Shown piece after piece: positions 1 to 7,824 of a DNA stretch of 64,000 nucleotides. Origin of the DNA: Bacilli bacterium (GTDB lineage: Bacteria; Bacillota_I; Bacilli_A; RF39; UBA660). The notes under the pieces are model-generated. The model was not told the DNA's origin and ran no database searches. It was given only the letters and a program-made list of their open reading frames with translations. Every line of letters begins with the position of its first letter. Positions within the stretch are counted from its first letter, which is position 1. The position numbers and the translations under genes are program-made. The stretch spans positions 2 through 64,001 of the forward strand of contig JAFRIS010000015.1 of assembly GCA_017432665.1 (NCBI GenBank), written 5' to 3'.

Positions 1-2
1 TT

Positions 3-269
3 AAGAAAAAGGATATTTATATTATGTTTAGTGGAGAGATAATTGCTATTACATTAATGGCTTCAGTACCAGGTATATTAATATGTGCTTATATTATTAA
101 TCAATTGTCTCATATTAAGTATTTAGAAGATTATTTTATGATTAATAGTGGTATTGTTATTATTAGTATAATATTAGTATTTGTATTTAATTTACTAGTA
201 GGATTAATTCCTGTATTTAATACAATTAGAAAAAGGCCTGCAGAAATATTAGCAAGGACAGATATTTAA
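3..269 (+). CDS. FtsX-family ABC permease, C-terminal fragment (start lies upstream of window)
   Basis: Frame is open to the window edge. Hydrophobic helices and the tail LIPVFNTIRKRPAEILARTDI mirror the FtsX C-terminus of the fused ABC protein at 41026-44193 (LIPAKSASKRDPVEALRSE). Confidence 0.6.
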   Translation, partial: KKKDIYIMFSGEIIAITLMASVPGILICAYIINQLSHIKYLEDYFMINSGIVIISIILVFVFNLLVGLIPVFNTIRKRPAEILARTDI

Positions 270-336
270 CAGTAATATCTGTTCTTTTTGTTTACAGGAG
301 TGATTTTTGTGATAAAATTAATATAGGTGATGATAT

Positions 337-765
337 ATGAATAGAAAAGGTTTTACAATGGTTGAATTACTAGGAACAGTAGTAATTTTAGGAATTTTAA
401 TGACATTTGGTATGATTACTTTCTTTGGGCAACGTGATAGATCTGCGAAAAAGGCCTATAATTTAATTCATGAAGGAGCTGCTCAAGGAGCAGAAAACTA
501 TTTTATGGACGTTCCAGGAGATAGTACTGTTACAATTGATCAATTAGTAGATCAAGAATATATGGAACCAGCTATTGATCCTTGGGATAAAGAGGGTAAA
601 TGTATTGGAGAAGTTGAAAAAATTCTAGAAGATGAAAACAAGAAACATGATGATGCAATTGATTTATATTATTTTAAAGTTCAAGTAAAATGTGCCCATG
701 GTTGCACTTGCTTAATATATCCTAAGAAAACACCTTGTGAATGTGTAGGAACATATAGAGGCTAG
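337..765 (+). CDS. Type IV pilin-like / competence pseudopilin-like protein (prepilin N-terminal cleavage-methylation motif)
   Basis: N-terminus MNRKGFTMVELLGTVVILGIL matches the G|FT-x-E class III signal followed by a hydrophobic helix. C-terminus is Cys-rich (6 Cys). Confidence 0.75.
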   Translation: MNRKGFTMVELLGTVVILGILMTFGMITFFGQRDRSAKKAYNLIHEGAAQGAENYFMDVPGDSTVTIDQLVDQEYMEPAIDPWDKEGKCIGEVEKILEDENKKHDDAIDLYYFKVQVKCAHGCTCLIYPKKTPCECVGTYRG

Positions 766-776
766 TAGGTGGAATT

Positions 777-2531
777 ATGAATTTCTTGAAGAATTTATAT
801 ACAAAAATATTTAAAAATAAAAATAATAGTAATGAGTGGCTAGATTTCTATGATAGAGAAAATCAAACTATTAAATTTACTAATAGATCTATTTATAATT
901 ATTTGATTAACGAAGTAGGAGAGGATAAAGACTATATTGCTTTAAACTACTTTGAAAATCGCATTAGTTATAATGAAATGTTTGATAAAATTGATATTTG
1001 CGCAAGAGCACTACGTAGTTATGGAGTAAAAGAAGGAGATATAGTAACAATATGTTTACCTAATATGCCAGAAGCTTTATATGCCTTTTATGCTTGTAAT
1101 AAGATAGGAGCTATTGCTGATATGGTTCATCCACTTAGTAGTCCTGAACAAATTAAATTTTATTTAAATGAAAGTAAAAGTAGATTTCTATTTCTAGTAG
1201 ATTTTGATTATGAAAAGTTTGAAAAAGTAATTCCAGAAACATTGGTATATAAAACTATTTTAACCTCTCCTAAATTAAGTATGCCAGTAGGTTTAAATAT
1301 TGGTTATACACTAACTCGTTCAATTAGGACTAAAAGGCCTAGAATGATTGATAAAGATTATATGAGTTGGCATGAATTTATGGAAAAAGGCATTGAATAC
1401 AAAAAAGATTATAAAGCTAATGTTAAGAAAGATGATACTGCGATTATACTGCATAGTGGTGGTACTACTGGTACACCTAAAGGTATTATGATTTCTAATT
1501 ATAGTTTTAATGCTTTGGCCAGACAATCTGCTGTTAATGTAATTGATGTTCGTCCTAAAGATAAAATAATAACAATCCTACCAATATTTCATGGCTTTGG
1601 TTTAGGAGTTTGTGTACATACACCATTATGCTTAAAAGTAGAAACAATCTTAATGCCTGAATATGATGCTAATAGATTTTATAAAATTTGGAAAAATGAT
1701 AGGCCTCATGTAATTTTAGGTGTTCCTACCTTATGGGAAAGTATGATTACTAATAAGAAATTTGATAATGTTGATATGAGTCAATTAAAATATATTGTTA
1801 GTGGAGGAGATCATTTATCAGTAGCTTCTGAAGAAAAGATAAATAAATTTTTAAAGAAGCATGGTGCTAAAGTAAAAATAGCCAAAGGTTATGGAATGAC
1901 CGAATCAGTTGCAGCTACTGCTTATACATTTCCTGATTGTAATGAACCGGGTAGTATTGGTATTCCAATGATTGGTAATACTTATAAAATTTGTGATATT
2001 GATACTGGTAAAGAAGTAAAACGAGGACAAGAGGGAGAAATATGTGTTAACGGGCCAACTCTAATGAAGGGATATTTAAATAATCCTAAAGAAACTAAAC
2101 ACATGCTTCGTAGACATGATGATGGCTTAACTTGGTTACATACTGGTGATATTGGTTATATCGCTGAGAATGGGCATATATTCTATACACAAAGATTAAA
2201 GAGAATGATGTGCGTTTCAGGATTTAATGTTTATCCAAGTATGATAGAAGAAGTTTTAGAGGGCCATAAAGCCGTTAAACAAGCTTGTGTAATAGGAATA
2301 CCTCATCAGTATAAAGTTCATGTTCCCAAGGCTTTTCTAGTGTTAAATGAAGGATATAAATTAAATAGTAAATTAGAAAAAGAATTAAGTGAATTATGCA
2401 AGCATAAATTAGCTGTCTTCTCAGTTCCAAAAGAATATGAAGAAAGAGAAGAGTTGCCAAAGACAATGTATAATAAAGTAGATTATAAAAAGTTAGAAAA
2501 GGAGGAAGAAGAAAAAAGACTTAAGAAGTAA
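777..2531 (+). CDS. AMP-dependent acyl-CoA synthetase/ligase (long-chain fatty-acid-CoA ligase family)
   Basis: AMP-binding signature ILHSGGTTGTPKG, plus GYGMTE and TGDIGY motifs. 584 aa. Confidence 0.85.
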   Translation: MNFLKNLYTKIFKNKNNSNEWLDFYDRENQTIKFTNRSIYNYLINEVGEDKDYIALNYFENRISYNEMFDKIDICARALRSYGVKEGDIVTICLPNMPEALYAFYACNKIGAIADMVHPLSSPEQIKFYLNESKSRFLFLVDFDYEKFEKVIPETLVYKTILTSPKLSMPVGLNIGYTLTRSIRTKRPRMIDKDYMSWHEFMEKGIEYKKDYKANVKKDDTAIILHSGGTTGTPKGIMISNYSFNALARQSAVNVIDVRPKDKIITILPIFHGFGLGVCVHTPLCLKVETILMPEYDANRFYKIWKNDRPHVILGVPTLWESMITNKKFDNVDMSQLKYIVSGGDHLSVASEEKINKFLKKHGAKVKIAKGYGMTESVAATAYTFPDCNEPGSIGIPMIGNTYKICDIDTGKEVKRGQEGEICVNGPTLMKGYLNNPKETKHMLRRHDDGLTWLHTGDIGYIAENGHIFYTQRLKRMMCVSGFNVYPSMIEEVLEGHKAVKQACVIGIPHQYKVHVPKAFLVLNEGYKLNSKLEKELSELCKHKLAVFSVPKEYEEREELPKTMYNKVDYKKLEKEEEEKRLKK

Positions 2532-2545
2532 TTTTCTTCTTTTTA
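2523..2545 (+). terminator. Weak hairpin plus T-run overlapping the ligase stop codon
   Basis: AAGAAG-taatttt-CTTCTT followed by TTTAT; the stem is only 6 bp. Confidence 0.35.
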
Positions 2546-2548
2546 TAT

Positions 2549-3145
2549 ATGGTAGTAAATGATAAGGAAAAACTGATAAAGCACATTTGGTTATATAGAT
2601 CTTTTCTATATCGTTTTACTATGTTTAAAACCACTTTTAAAGATAAAGAAATGAATTTAATTATCGAGGCGTTAAATATCAAAAATAGATATAAAAGAAT
2701 ATATTTTATTATAAACACTTTATGTGATCAAATAGATGAGTACTATAAAGCTTGTAATTTATGTGAATTTAAAAACAATAGATGTTTATGTCATAGAGAA
2801 AAGAAACTTGAATATCTAAATGGTTGTTGTAGGAAATGTCCTTATCAATCAACAAATGGATGTACTACTAAAAACTTTGCATGTAAGATGTTCAATTGCT
2901 CCTATGTCAGAAAAAAGCACAGTGTTTTAACAAATAAAGATTTAGTCTTATTAAAAGTATTAACTCCATTACAGAGATTAGACCTAGCAAGTGACTATTT
3001 TTCATCAATAGAAGAAGTTGCGCTTGACCTTTTTTGGGGACCGTTATATTCTATTCCTAGAACGATTATTAGAACCACAAAAATTATGCTTGGAAAGTAT
3101 AACTTTACTGAAAAATATAACAAAAACAATAAAATGCAACCGTAA
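2549..3145 (+). CDS. Cys-rich hypothetical protein (start uncertain; no clear RBS)
   Basis: ORF with cluster CNLCEFKNNRCLCH...GCCRKCPYQSTNGCTTKNFACKMFNC (12 Cys in about 55 aa), suggesting a metal or Fe-S site. I recognise no family. Confidence 0.45.
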   Translation: MVVNDKEKLIKHIWLYRSFLYRFTMFKTTFKDKEMNLIIEALNIKNRYKRIYFIINTLCDQIDEYYKACNLCEFKNNRCLCHREKKLEYLNGCCRKCPYQSTNGCTTKNFACKMFNCSYVRKKHSVLTNKDLVLLKVLTPLQRLDLASDYFSSIEEVALDLFWGPLYSIPRTIIRTTKIMLGKYNFTEKYNKNNKMQP

Positions 3146-3147
3146 GT

Positions 3148-3176
3148 TTGCAAAATTTCCAAGTGAACTGTATAGA
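3148..3176 (+). promoter_or_regulatory. Putative sigma-A promoter for the 3226 gene
   Basis: TTGCAA, a 17-nt spacer, then TATAGA(AT), about 50 nt upstream of the ATG. Confidence 0.35.
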
Positions 3177-3225
3177 ATGCAACTATAAATTAATGTAAAA
3201 TTTTAGTTACAAGGAAGGTGATAGA

Positions 3226-4866
3226 ATGAAATTTGGAGACAAATTAATAGTTCTAAGAAAAAAGAATGGCTTAAGCCAAGAAGAGTTAGCTGAAAAGCTA
3301 GGTGTATCGAGACAAAGTGTCTCAAAATGGGAAAGCAATAATACTTATCCTGAAACAGATAAGATAGTTCAAATATGTAATTTATTTGACTGCTCAATGG
3401 ATGATCTTATTAATGATAAGGTTACTGATGTAGAAGGGGCATTAAGGAAGAATAAGAATAATTTAAATGAAGTATGGGATTCATTATTAGAATTTATTAC
3501 TAAAACAATTAATATGTTTTCTCATATGAAATTCTCAACTGGATTAAAATGTGTGATTGAGATGGCTATAATAGCTTTTCTATTATGGCTAGTTGGATTA
3601 GGAGTATGTGGTATTACTAGCAGTATAATTGCTAATCTATTTGATTTCTTGGGAGCGAGAGCTTCTAATATAATTGAGGATGTATTAAGAAGTGTATTTA
3701 ATATATTATGGTTTGTAATTGCTGTAATAGCTTTAGTACATACATTTAAAATAAGATATTTAAATTATTATGAAGAAACAGAAAAAGAAGAGAAAAGTAA
3801 TAAGAAAGATTCTACTAATAAGGCAGAAGTAAAAACAGCAGAAAGAGTAGTAATTAGAGATGAAAAAGATAAACCCTTTGCTTTTCTAAGTGTATTATCT
3901 AAGATAGTATTATTTTTCATTAAATTTATAGTGTTCTGGATTGCATTTAGTACTGTATTTGCATTAATTGGATTAGTAATTGCTTTTGTTATATCTTTAG
4001 CATTTATCCCAACTAATATGATATTTGTAGGAAGTACTTTATCATTAGGTGCCGGTGCTACTATTACAGTATTATTCTTACTATTATGTATTTACTTTAT
4101 TATTTCTAAAAAGGTTAATATAAAAATATTTGTAATAGTATTTATTGCTTCATTAGTAACATTTGGAGTAGGTATAGGCGTATGTGCTTTGTCAATAAAG
4201 AATTTTGATATTATTAAAAGAGAAGATAGCAAAAACATAACTATTGAAAAAGTAACTGTTCCAGTTCAACAAGATTTAGTAATAATGAGTAATGATTTAA
4301 GAGAATATAACTTTGTAGTAGATGAATCAATTCCTGCAGACTCTATTCAATTAGAAGTGGCTTATGACCACAATATTAAAGAGTTAAAGAGTAAACAAGA
4401 TGAAGAAGATAAGTTAAATGTCTATAAAGTATATGGAGAATTTAAAGGTGATTATAAGAAGAATTATAAATTATTTATAGATGATTTTAAGAACAACAAA
4501 ATAAATGTAGATCATTTAGATAGTGGAATTAATAGTTTAACTATTAAAGCTAATTCTGAAAATATTAATAGTTTAATTTCTAATTTAGAAAAATTATATC
4601 TACTAGAAAAACATACTGAAGAAAATACTACTAAAGTAAATCGTCATAGAGATAAAGTAATGATAATAAATGGAAGATACGTAGAATATGATGCTAGAAC
4701 TGATGAATTAATTTATAAAGAAATAGCTCCAAAAGATTATAAATGTTCTCGTACTGTTAGAAAAGATACATGGGGAGAAATGATTGAATATCAATGTGCT
4801 AGTCCAGATGAGGATATTGATTATGAAGATTTAGAAGAAGAAATGGAAGAAGATTACGATGAGTAA
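3226..4866 (+). CDS. Membrane-embedded XRE-family HTH protein
   Basis: N-terminus LRKKNGLSQEELAEKLGVSRQSVSKWESNNTYP is a classic HTH_3 motif. Several hydrophobic helices follow (aa ~110-330), then a ~215-aa C-terminal domain ending in the acidic tail DEDIDYEDLEEEMEEDYDE. RBS is AAGGAAGGTG. Confidence 0.75.
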   Translation: MKFGDKLIVLRKKNGLSQEELAEKLGVSRQSVSKWESNNTYPETDKIVQICNLFDCSMDDLINDKVTDVEGALRKNKNNLNEVWDSLLEFITKTINMFSHMKFSTGLKCVIEMAIIAFLLWLVGLGVCGITSSIIANLFDFLGARASNIIEDVLRSVFNILWFVIAVIALVHTFKIRYLNYYEETEKEEKSNKKDSTNKAEVKTAERVVIRDEKDKPFAFLSVLSKIVLFFIKFIVFWIAFSTVFALIGLVIAFVISLAFIPTNMIFVGSTLSLGAGATITVLFLLLCIYFIISKKVNIKIFVIVFIASLVTFGVGIGVCALSIKNFDIIKREDSKNITIEKVTVPVQQDLVIMSNDLREYNFVVDESIPADSIQLEVAYDHNIKELKSKQDEEDKLNVYKVYGEFKGDYKKNYKLFIDDFKNNKINVDHLDSGINSLTIKANSENINSLISNLEKLYLLEKHTEENTTKVNRHRDKVMIINGRYVEYDARTDELIYKEIAPKDYKCSRTVRKDTWGEMIEYQCASPDEDIDYEDLEEEMEEDYDE

Positions 4867-4874
4867 TCTTTTTT
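4851..4874 (+). terminator. Rho-independent terminator
   Basis: AGATTAC-gatga-GTAATCT followed by five T; it overlaps the stop codon. Confidence 0.55.
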
Positions 4875-4884
4875 GTGGTATAAT
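4874..4884 (+). promoter_or_regulatory. Extended -10 element TGTGGTATAAT
   Basis: TGn-TATAAT lies 18 nt upstream of the queH ATG. The same motif recurs at other gene starts (see findings). Confidence 0.4.
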
Positions 4885-4902
4885 TATTAAAGGAGTGGTT
4901 AG

Positions 4903-5493
4903 ATGAACTATGATTTAGAAATGGAAAAGCAAATGAGTAATTTAAAAGAAGGCAGCAAATTACTATTACATGCTTGTTGCGCACCTTGTTCATCTGCTGT
5001 ATTAGAAAGATTAAGTAATTTCTTTGAAATAACTATTCTTTATTACAATCCTAATATTACTGATAAAGAAGAGTATGAAAAGCGAATTAAAGAAATAAAA
5101 AAACTAATATCATTAGTTAAGTATAAATATCCAATTACTTTACTTGAAGGAGATTATGTGCCAGAGAAGTTTTTTGAAATGGCTAAAGGATTAGAAAAGG
5201 AACCAGAAAGAGGTAAACGTTGCTATAAGTGCTATGAAATGCGATTAGAAGAAACAGCTAAGATTGCTGATAAATTAGGATTTGATAACTTTTGTACAAC
5301 ATTAACTCTATCTCCTCATAAGAATGCTAATTGGATTAATGAAATAGGGGAGAAATTAAATAAAGAATATCAAGCAAATTATTTGTATTCTGATTTTAAA
5401 AAGAAAGAAGGGTATAAGAGAAGTATTACCTTGTCTAAACAATATGATTTATATAGACAAGATTATTGTGGATGCATTTATTCTAAAAAATAA
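4903..5493 (+). CDS. queH: Epoxyqueuosine reductase QueH (DUF208 family)
   Basis: LLLHACCAPCSS near the N-terminus and C-terminal DYCGC, at the DUF208 length (196 aa). RBS is AAGGAG. Confidence 0.8.
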   Translation: MNYDLEMEKQMSNLKEGSKLLLHACCAPCSSAVLERLSNFFEITILYYNPNITDKEEYEKRIKEIKKLISLVKYKYPITLLEGDYVPEKFFEMAKGLEKEPERGKRCYKCYEMRLEETAKIADKLGFDNFCTTLTLSPHKNANWINEIGEKLNKEYQANYLYSDFKKKEGYKRSITLSKQYDLYRQDYCGCIYSKK

Positions 5494-5539
5494 CTAGATT
5501 GGAGATGATAATATCAAAACTGACAAGATAATTAAAAAC

Positions 5540-6400
5540 TTGAAAGTGTTTGGAGCAATTTTGATATTATCTGCTTCTTCATGTAGTATTGGCGGTAAAG
5601 TTATTGGAACCGCTGATTTTCAATATGCAATTGAGAGAGAACAAAATATTGATGATTTAAAAGACTATGTTTTACAAGGGTTATGCAAAGTTGATAATAA
5701 ATATTTGTTATCTGCATATGATTGCAAACACATGGATAAATCAGTTTTGTATATTCTGGATGAAGATTTGAAAAGATATACAATAAAAGAATTAGATACT
5801 TATTCCCATGTTGGTGGTATTACTTATGATCCTAAAAATGAAATTGTTTGGATAACTGATGCTGATGGAGTAATTGTAGCTTATGATAAAGACGAAATAT
5901 TAAGTTATCATCCTCTTATAAATACTAATTGTAGAAGAGTATATGTTGGTAGAGAGTTAGATAATATTTTTGGAGAATGTTCTGCTGCTTATATTACATA
6001 TCATGATGATAAATTATATGTAGGTAATTTTAATACTAAGGGTAATACAATTATCAAAGAATTTGAAATAAATGAAATTGGTATGATTAATCCATTTGAT
6101 TATAGAACCCTTAATGTCACAGGGTTTGTTCAAGGATTAACATTTTATGAAGACGGCGATAAAAAGTACTTAATAGTGTCTTCTTCATTTGGTAAACATT
6201 TTGATTCAACATTACAAATTTATGACTTTGATAGTCTTCAATTAATAAAGAAAATTAAAACTAACGAAATGATGGAAGAGATTATTGTTGATGATAATGA
6301 ATTAATTACTATTTATGAATCTAATGCTAAAATTTATAAACACCATAGAAGAGGTACCGATATAATTACGTTAGATATTAATAAAATAATTACAAAATAA
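5540..6400 (+). CDS. Putative lipoprotein, function unknown
   Basis: Signal-like N-terminus MKVFGAILILSASSC with a lipobox-like ASSC. TTG start with no obvious RBS, so the start is uncertain. Confidence 0.5.
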   Translation: MKVFGAILILSASSCSIGGKVIGTADFQYAIEREQNIDDLKDYVLQGLCKVDNKYLLSAYDCKHMDKSVLYILDEDLKRYTIKELDTYSHVGGITYDPKNEIVWITDADGVIVAYDKDEILSYHPLINTNCRRVYVGRELDNIFGECSAAYITYHDDKLYVGNFNTKGNTIIKEFEINEIGMINPFDYRTLNVTGFVQGLTFYEDGDKKYLIVSSSFGKHFDSTLQIYDFDSLQLIKKIKTNEMMEEIIVDDNELITIYESNAKIYKHHRRGTDIITLDINKIITK

Positions 6401-6437
6401 CAAAAATTTGTTATACTTATAGTAGAGGGTGATAAAT

Positions 6438-7760
6438 ATGAAATATTATTGTTTGGGAATCAAAGGTACAGGAATGTCTACTTTAGCTCAAATACTTCAT
6501 GATTTAGGTAATGAAGTAATTGGGTATGATGATGCTAAAGAACATAAATTTACTGAAATAGGTTTAGAAGAACGTAATATTCCTATTTATTATGATGGGA
6601 ATCATATACTTGATCCAGAAACAATAGTTACTTATAGTGCTGCTTTAAGTGAAGATCATCCTGAACTATTAAGGGTAAAAATGTTAGGTTTAAAAATAGA
6701 TAAGTATTGTGAAGTAATGGGCGATGTTATTAATATGTTTAAATCAATTGGTGTCAGTGGTACTCATGGTAAAACAACTACTGCTTCTCTAATCAGACAA
6801 ATCTTAGAATCTGCCGGTGGTTGTAATTACTTCATTGGTGCTGGTGATGGATATGCATCAATGGCCAATGATTACTTTGTTGTGGAAAGTGATGAATTTA
6901 ATCGTCATTTTACTGCTTATCATCCTGCATATTCAATTATTACAAATATTGAAGCAGAACATTTAGAGTGTTATAAAGATATCGATGATATAAGAAATGC
7001 TTTTGAAATATTTGCTAATCAAACTGGAAAATTAGTAGTTGCTAACGGAGATAATCCAGAAGTAAAGAAGATTGATTATACTACTAAAGTATTATTCTAT
7101 GGATTCGGTTTACACAATGATGCAGTCATTAAAAATTTAAAATTATTAGAAGAAGGATCACGTTTTGATTTATACATAAAAGATGAATTATATGGTAGTT
7201 TTGAAGTTCCATTATATGGAAAGCATATGGTTTCTAATGTTTGTGCTGCAATTATGATATGTCGTGAATTGGGAATTGAAAAAGATATTATTCATGAAGC
7301 TTTACTTAACTTTAAAAATGCTAAAAGAAGATTTGCTATTGAAAAAGTAAAGAATACTATCATTGTTGATGATTATGCACATCATCCAACTGAAATAAAA
7401 GCAACTTTAGAGGCCGTAAGACAAAGGTTTCCCAATAAGAGATTAGTAGTTATCTTTAGACCAAATACTTATTCAAGAACAAAAGATTTTAAAAATGAAT
7501 TTATTGAAGCATTAAACACTGCTGATAAAGCTTTTGTCACAGATATTAAATGTGATCGTGAGAATCCTAAAGACTATTATGGTATTAGTTCTAAGACAAT
7601 AATTAATGGCTTGACTGATGGAGATTCAATTAGTGTAGACACAATTGATAAACTTCAAGAAGAAAAAGATTCTGTTATCTGCGTTATGAGTTGTGCCTAT
7701 GTAGAAGACTTATTAAAGGCTATTAGAAACTATTTTAATAGTTTACCAGAAGAAGAATAA
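6438..7760 (+). CDS. murC: UDP-N-acetylmuramate--L-alanine ligase
   Basis: GIKGTGMSTLAQIL Rossmann-type N-terminus, GVSGTHGKTTTASL P-loop and DDYAHHPTE. RBS GAGGGTG precedes the ATG at 6438. Confidence 0.9.
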   Translation: MKYYCLGIKGTGMSTLAQILHDLGNEVIGYDDAKEHKFTEIGLEERNIPIYYDGNHILDPETIVTYSAALSEDHPELLRVKMLGLKIDKYCEVMGDVINMFKSIGVSGTHGKTTTASLIRQILESAGGCNYFIGAGDGYASMANDYFVVESDEFNRHFTAYHPAYSIITNIEAEHLECYKDIDDIRNAFEIFANQTGKLVVANGDNPEVKKIDYTTKVLFYGFGLHNDAVIKNLKLLEEGSRFDLYIKDELYGSFEVPLYGKHMVSNVCAAIMICRELGIEKDIIHEALLNFKNAKRRFAIEKVKNTIIVDDYAHHPTEIKATLEAVRQRFPNKRLVVIFRPNTYSRTKDFKNEFIEALNTADKAFVTDIKCDRENPKDYYGISSKTIINGLTDGDSISVDTIDKLQEEKDSVICVMSCAYVEDLLKAIRNYFNSLPEEE

Positions 7761-7776
7761 TTCTTCTTTTCTTTTG
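7751..7776 (+). terminator. Rho-independent terminator after murC
   Basis: AGAAGAA-taa-TTCTTCT followed by TTTCTTTTG. Confidence 0.7.
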
Positions 7777-7805
7777 TTGAAAAAGAGCCCTTATTATGGT
7801 AGAAT
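7777..7805 (+). promoter_or_regulatory. Putative sigma-A promoter of the LCP gene
   Basis: TTGAAA, a 17-nt spacer, then (TGG)TAGAAT, 19 nt upstream of the ATG at 7825. Confidence 0.5.
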
Positions 7806-7824
7806 TTATTATAGAGGTGGAATA

